Shown here one piece after another: positions 35,846 through 39,021 of a DNA stretch of 39,021 nt. Source of the stretch: Dehalococcoidales bacterium (lineage in GTDB: Bacteria; Chloroflexota; Dehalococcoidia; Dehalococcoidales; UBA5760); assembly GCA_028717305.1 (NCBI GenBank), contig JAQUOC010000002.1, positions 1-39,021 of the forward strand, in the 5' to 3' direction. Made by a program: the position numbers and the translations under genes. The notes under the pieces were generated by a model. It had not been told where the DNA came from and did no database searches. It was given only the letters and a program-made list of their open reading frames with translations. Numbering within the stretch: the stretch's first letter is position 1; every line of letters starts with the position of its first letter.

Positions 35846-37147
35846 TCATGGGCATTGGATTACTCCTTGTGCCCACAGGCAGCCACCACAGGTGGGGAAG
35901 CCGTTTTTTAAGCAGTCTTCCTGGTTGCTGTCCAGAAAACTGCATCCTCCACAAATTGAACATGGTGAAAAGCTGAATGCTTGCACTCTCTCGCGGAAAG
36001 CGATGTGTTCCGGTGCATGCCATAGTTCGTCCAGATCTTTTTCCATAACATTGCCGATTGTAAAGCTGTGTAGGTGACGTTCAAGATCACCAAGATACAT
36101 AACGCATTCGTGCAAAAGTGGTAGACAGGGGCTCAAACTACCATCCCATCTGATAGCACCGGCCCCGCTTTCTATAAACGGGCAACTATCCCGGGCGCCC
36201 CGGAAAATACCATCGGCCCAGGTGATATTGACGTCTCGGGATACCATAGAACGAACCGGGGCGCTGGTTTTTTCGTTTATTTCTATTCTGGGCATGTAGA
36301 CATGAGGGGACAGGAAAGAGCGTCTCCAGCCTGCTATCTCTGGGGCGACCATGTCCATTTTTTCCATTTTGTAGGGATACAGTACCTCATTACTTAATTC
36401 TTTGGTATATGGTATTACATTGGTTACCATAAAACGCTTGGCGCCTAATTGCCAGGCAAGCTCACATACCGCGGGTAGATCTGCGACATTACGCCTCATG
36501 GCAACGAATACGATGCCGAGTTGAGTCTCGGAAGTGCCTGAAAATGGTACAGCACGATGTGATTTGGCCTTCCTGAAATGACCGAGGTTATTCAGTATTT
36601 TGGGCAGTGCTGCTCCTAGTCGAACATCGGCGTAGCTCTCTGGTTTGGCCCCATCAATGGAGACCCATAATACGTCTAGTCCGATTGATACTAATTCGTC
36701 CAGCAGATCTGGACTGAGCAATATTCCGTTGGTGATTAGCTCTACAGAGGTATCGAGTTCTTTTGCCCTGGTTACCATCTGAATAATCTTTGGGTGGATC
36801 AGGGGCCCCCCCAGACCCCCGAAGAAGACTTTGGGAGTAGGGGTAAATCTACGTAAGCCCTCAATGACACGGTCGAAGACGATGTCGCTCATGTTACCCA
36901 TAGGCTCGTTCCATACGTTCCGAATACAGGTACGGCAATGTAGGTTGCACCGGCTGGTTGGTTCTAGATATAGCTTAGCCAGTTGCGTAGCAGGACGAAG
37001 TAGATAAAGGCCGTTGCTTAACTCATTGGCATAGACCTTGGTTCCGGGCTTGATACCATATTTGGAGGCTAAATAAGGTGGTATCGTTAAACGCCCTTTT
37101 CTGTCCGCTTTCAAGTATAGATCACGGTCGGTTATACTATTCTTCAT
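35846..37147 (-). CDS. Radical SAM enzyme with an N-terminal AbrB/SpoVT-like domain and a C-terminal SPASM/twitch-type Cys-rich extension
   Basis: The N-terminus DRKGRLTIPPYLASKYGIKPGTKVYANELSNGLYLLRP looks like a swapped-hairpin AbrB domain. The radical SAM cluster motif is CNLHCRTC (CxxxCxxC). The C-terminal region is CPFIESGAGAIRWDGSLSPC (C-x13-G-x4-C) followed by CSICGGCSFLDSNQEDC...CGGCLWAQGVIQC. Confidence 0.85.
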   Translation of the reverse strand: MKNSITDRDLYLKADRKGRLTIPPYLASKYGIKPGTKVYANELSNGLYLLRPATQLAKLYLEPTSRCNLHCRTCIRNVWNEPMGNMSDIVFDRVIEGLRRFTPTPKVFFGGLGGPLIHPKIIQMVTRAKELDTSVELITNGILLSPDLLDELVSIGLDVLWVSIDGAKPESYADVRLGAALPKILNNLGHFRKAKSHRAVPFSGTSETQLGIVFVAMRRNVADLPAVCELAWQLGAKRFMVTNVIPYTKELSNEVLYPYKMEKMDMVAPEIAGWRRSFLSPHVYMPRIEINEKTSAPVRSMVSRDVNITWADGIFRGARDSCPFIESGAGAIRWDGSLSPCLPLLHECVMYLGDLERHLHSFTIGNVMEKDLDELWHAPEHIAFRERVQAFSFSPCSICGGCSFLDSNQEDCLKNGFPTCGGCLWAQGVIQCP

Positions 37148-37277
37148 AATCGATACATGCGTGTTTTTGACTATTATGATATCACATTCACACCCAACGG
37201 ATTAGCCTTAAAACCATTACCAACTATGAAAGTACTGGGGGGAACCCAAATTCACCAAATGGGTCTAAAGAAAACGG

Positions 37278-37305
37278 TTGACTAATGGTGATTTTGGTGT
37301 ATACT
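37278..37305 (+). promoter_or_regulatory. Candidate sigma70 promoter for the dodecin gene
   Basis: TTGACT (37278..37283), a 16-nt spacer, then TATACT (37300..37305). It lies about 45 nt upstream of the ATG, which is preceded by AAAGGAGG. Confidence 0.45.
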
Positions 37306-37348
37306 GTAATCTATCCGAAAGTTAAGAAGGACTGGAAAGGAGGCGCAA

Positions 37349-37567
37349 ATGACAGTTACACGTGTGACGGAAATCAAGTCATCTTCTGAAAAAAGTTTTG
37401 ATGATGCGATCAAGCTGGGAATTGCTCGTGTCCAGAAGACTATTAGAAACGTCCGGTCGGCATGGATTGAGAACCAGGAAATTATGCTCGATAACAGAGG
37501 ACAGATATCTGAGTATCGGGTACAGATGAAGGTGACCTTTATTATCGAAGAGCCGAGCGGAAAGTGA
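37349..37567 (+). CDS. Dodecin-family (flavin-binding) small protein
   Basis: 72 aa reading VTEIKSSSEKSFDDAIKLGIARVQKTIRNVRSAWIENQEI...ISEYRVQMKVTFIIEE. This matches the dodecin pattern: beta-alpha-beta-beta fold, and a W within the RxxxW region. Confidence 0.8.
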   Translation: MTVTRVTEIKSSSEKSFDDAIKLGIARVQKTIRNVRSAWIENQEIMLDNRGQISEYRVQMKVTFIIEEPSGK

Positions 37568-37611
37568 TCTTTCTCTCCTGAAGTCCCTCATATAAAATAC
37601 GGTACTCTGTA

Positions 37612-38475
37612 TCATAGTGGCTGAGTGCCTGTTCTGCCGATGGCGCATTCAATCCAACCGTCGTCTGGCTTCTCAAAATATATGTTGGCGCCAGTCCTAT
37701 TTAACTCCATGTCCGCCATGGAATAGCTGGCGATTAAATCTCCGCTGTTTTTCCGGAAGAGCGTTCCTAATTCGTTTTTCGTGTATGAAGTCACCGCGCT
37801 TAAGCCGCAACAATCCTGAATTATCTTGAAGATATCTCCGGGTATCTGCCTTCTTGCCGGGTTAACATATCGGTAGGGTATCATGTATTCAATGATGAAA
37901 ATGTTTTCTCTATCAGCACGAAATCGGGTGATAATGTTCTGTAAATCATTTTTATGCAGGTAGTAGCTGATACCTTCCATAACAATCAGAGATTGCATAT
38001 CATGACAGTATCCATTTATTGGTATTTCTAGCACGCTTAAAATATCGGGTGAGGTAATATCAGCTGTTACACACCGTAGTTTATCCGTTAATTCCGGGCA
38101 TACCTGAAGGTATAGTCTCTTTTTGTCTTCCATTCCCGATGAATCAACCTCGAAAATACGGTGAATTTTGCGAGGATTCTTGGACAGTATTTCTATGGGC
38201 AATGGGGACTTGCCAGCAGCAAGGAAAATCAACTGGAATTCCTGTTTTGCGGCGCTCAATTCCTGCTCTATCAAATGCTTTATGAAGCTTTTTCTGTTAA
38301 GAATGACCTCATGGTACCAATCACAAACGGAATTACACTCTTTGAGAAGTGGCTCTCCTGAAGACAGGTCGAGTTGGCTCACATACTGAAAAGCGGGGTC
38401 TTCAGTATAGAGTTCTAGCGCCCATTGCATGACTAAGGCGGCAGTAGGTTCGAGCCTCGATTTATCCGTCAACAT
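37612..38475 (-). CDS. Class I SAM-dependent methyltransferase, leucine carboxyl methyltransferase (LCM)-like family
   Basis: 287 aa with QLIFLAAGKSPLP (a degenerate motif I), FEVDSS, VTADITS and IVMEGISYYL, as in LCM/TIGR00027-type O-methyltransferases. The start overlaps the stop of the upstream pseudouridine synthase gene. Confidence 0.65.
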   Translation of the reverse strand: MLTDKSRLEPTAALVMQWALELYTEDPAFQYVSQLDLSSGEPLLKECNSVCDWYHEVILNRKSFIKHLIEQELSAAKQEFQLIFLAAGKSPLPIEILSKNPRKIHRIFEVDSSGMEDKKRLYLQVCPELTDKLRCVTADITSPDILSVLEIPINGYCHDMQSLIVMEGISYYLHKNDLQNIITRFRADRENIFIIEYMIPYRYVNPARRQIPGDIFKIIQDCCGLSAVTSYTKNELGTLFRKNSGDLIASYSMADMELNRTGANIYFEKPDDGWIECAIGRTGTQPL

Positions 38476-39021
38476 TATCGTGCTTTTTGCTTCATTGCTC
38501 CCGTGCTGAGTGATTCAACCTCTGCGGGACTGAGTTCGCGAGCTTTTCCTTCCGGGAGTCTATTTAGCCTCAGAATACCCAGGCGTATCCTTTTCAACTC
38601 CAGCACGTTGTGTCCCAGAGCGGCAAACATCCGGCGCACCTGATGTTTCTTACCTTCGTGAATGGCTACAGAGTAGTCGAAGGGTAGATATCTGGATATT
38701 TTGACCTTAGCCGGGTGGGTCTTACCATCATCCAGATAAATCCCTTTTTCTAGCTCGGCTATTTCTTCCGGCTTTAGTTCTCCATCGATTTGAACCAGGT
38801 ACTCTTTTTCTTGCTCGAAGCGGGGATGGGTCAACCGGAGAGTAAGATTGCCATCATTAGTCAAGAGAATCAGACCTGTAGAGTCTTTGTCCAAGCGGCC
38901 AACCGGGTAAATCCGGATGTTCCGGTATTTCTCCGGGAGGATGTCGACTACCGTTTTCCTCCCTCGGTCATCGCTGGTACTGGAAACGATCCCCTTGGGC
39001 TTATTGAGCATCAGATAAACA
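38475..39021 (-). CDS. RsuA/RluB-family pseudouridine synthase, 3' part; N-terminal S4 domain beyond the right window edge
   Basis: The frame is open to nt 39021 (..VYLMLNKPKGIVSS..). The catalytic motif is RIYPVGRLDKDSTGLILLTNDG, followed by KEYLVQ and GKKHQVRRMF. Confidence 0.88.
   Translation of the reverse strand, partial: VYLMLNKPKGIVSSTSDDRGRKTVVDILPEKYRNIRIYPVGRLDKDSTGLILLTNDGNLTLRLTHPRFEQEKEYLVQIDGELKPEEIAELEKGIYLDDGKTHPAKVKISRYLPFDYSVAIHEGKKHQVRRMFAALGHNVLELKRIRLGILRLNRLPEGKARELSPAEVESLSTGAMKQKAR

Noticed and set aside
35484-36023. ORFs 35638..35976 (+) and 35745..36023 (-), and short candidate precursor peptides in the rSAM downstream spacer, including a 31-aa + strand ORF at 35508..35603 with a GGAG upstream
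   Set aside because: The two larger ORFs overlap the well-supported rSAM 3' end in other frames. The small ORFs lack Cys-, Gly- or Ser-rich cores, and those on the rSAM strand also lack an RBS. None can be supported without comparative data.

Overview
39-kb bacterial chromosomal window. I saw no rRNA, CRISPR array or prophage. Taxon cannot be assigned from sequence alone. Layout, left to right:
(1) A minus-strand oxidative-stress module: Fur/PerR-like regulator, then rubrerythrin, then a GC-rich katG that runs off the left edge and is missing from the ORF track.
(2) Housekeeping genes: cyclophilin-like protein, lipoprotein, corA, SPFH/prohibitin.
(3) A cluster of four tRNAs: Val-TAC, Arg-GCG, Leu-CAG, Val-CAC.
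(4) A 43-codon stump of a nucleotide-sugar dehydrogenase. It ends where an IS110-family element begins. The element has a DEDD transposase at 7627..8850, preceded by about 440 nt of ORF-free DNA rich in self-complementary segments. In IS110-group elements this is the position of the bridge/guide RNA.
(5) A roughly 10.5-kb minus-strand glycan operon. The promoter-proximal GT2 and GT4 are GC-rich. The rest is abruptly AT-rich: RmlD-like reductase, UDP-GlcNAc 4,6-dehydratase, 2-epimerase, two GT4s, a P-loop/methyltransferase fusion and a Wzx flippase.
(6) The right half: a MacB/FtsX-type ABC pair, lipoproteins, a presenilin/SPP-like intramembrane protease, a BMP-family binding protein, MntP, two secreted FecR-domain proteins, BFN nuclease, TatD, Zn-ADH, an alpha/beta hydrolase, a DUF6946-like protein with a coupled small ORF, an AbrB-fused radical SAM/SPASM enzyme with no visible substrate gene, dodecin, an LCM-type methyltransferase and a truncated RsuA/RluB pseudouridine synthase.
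The best second-look targets are the IS110 5' flank as a candidate bridge RNA, the IS-bounded AT-rich glycan cassette with its kinase-like/methyltransferase fusion, the acidic plus Trp/Phe-rich C-terminal tail shared by the two FecR-domain proteins, and the AbrB-rSAM/SPASM enzyme. All family assignments come from reading motifs by eye and need HMM or BLAST confirmation.
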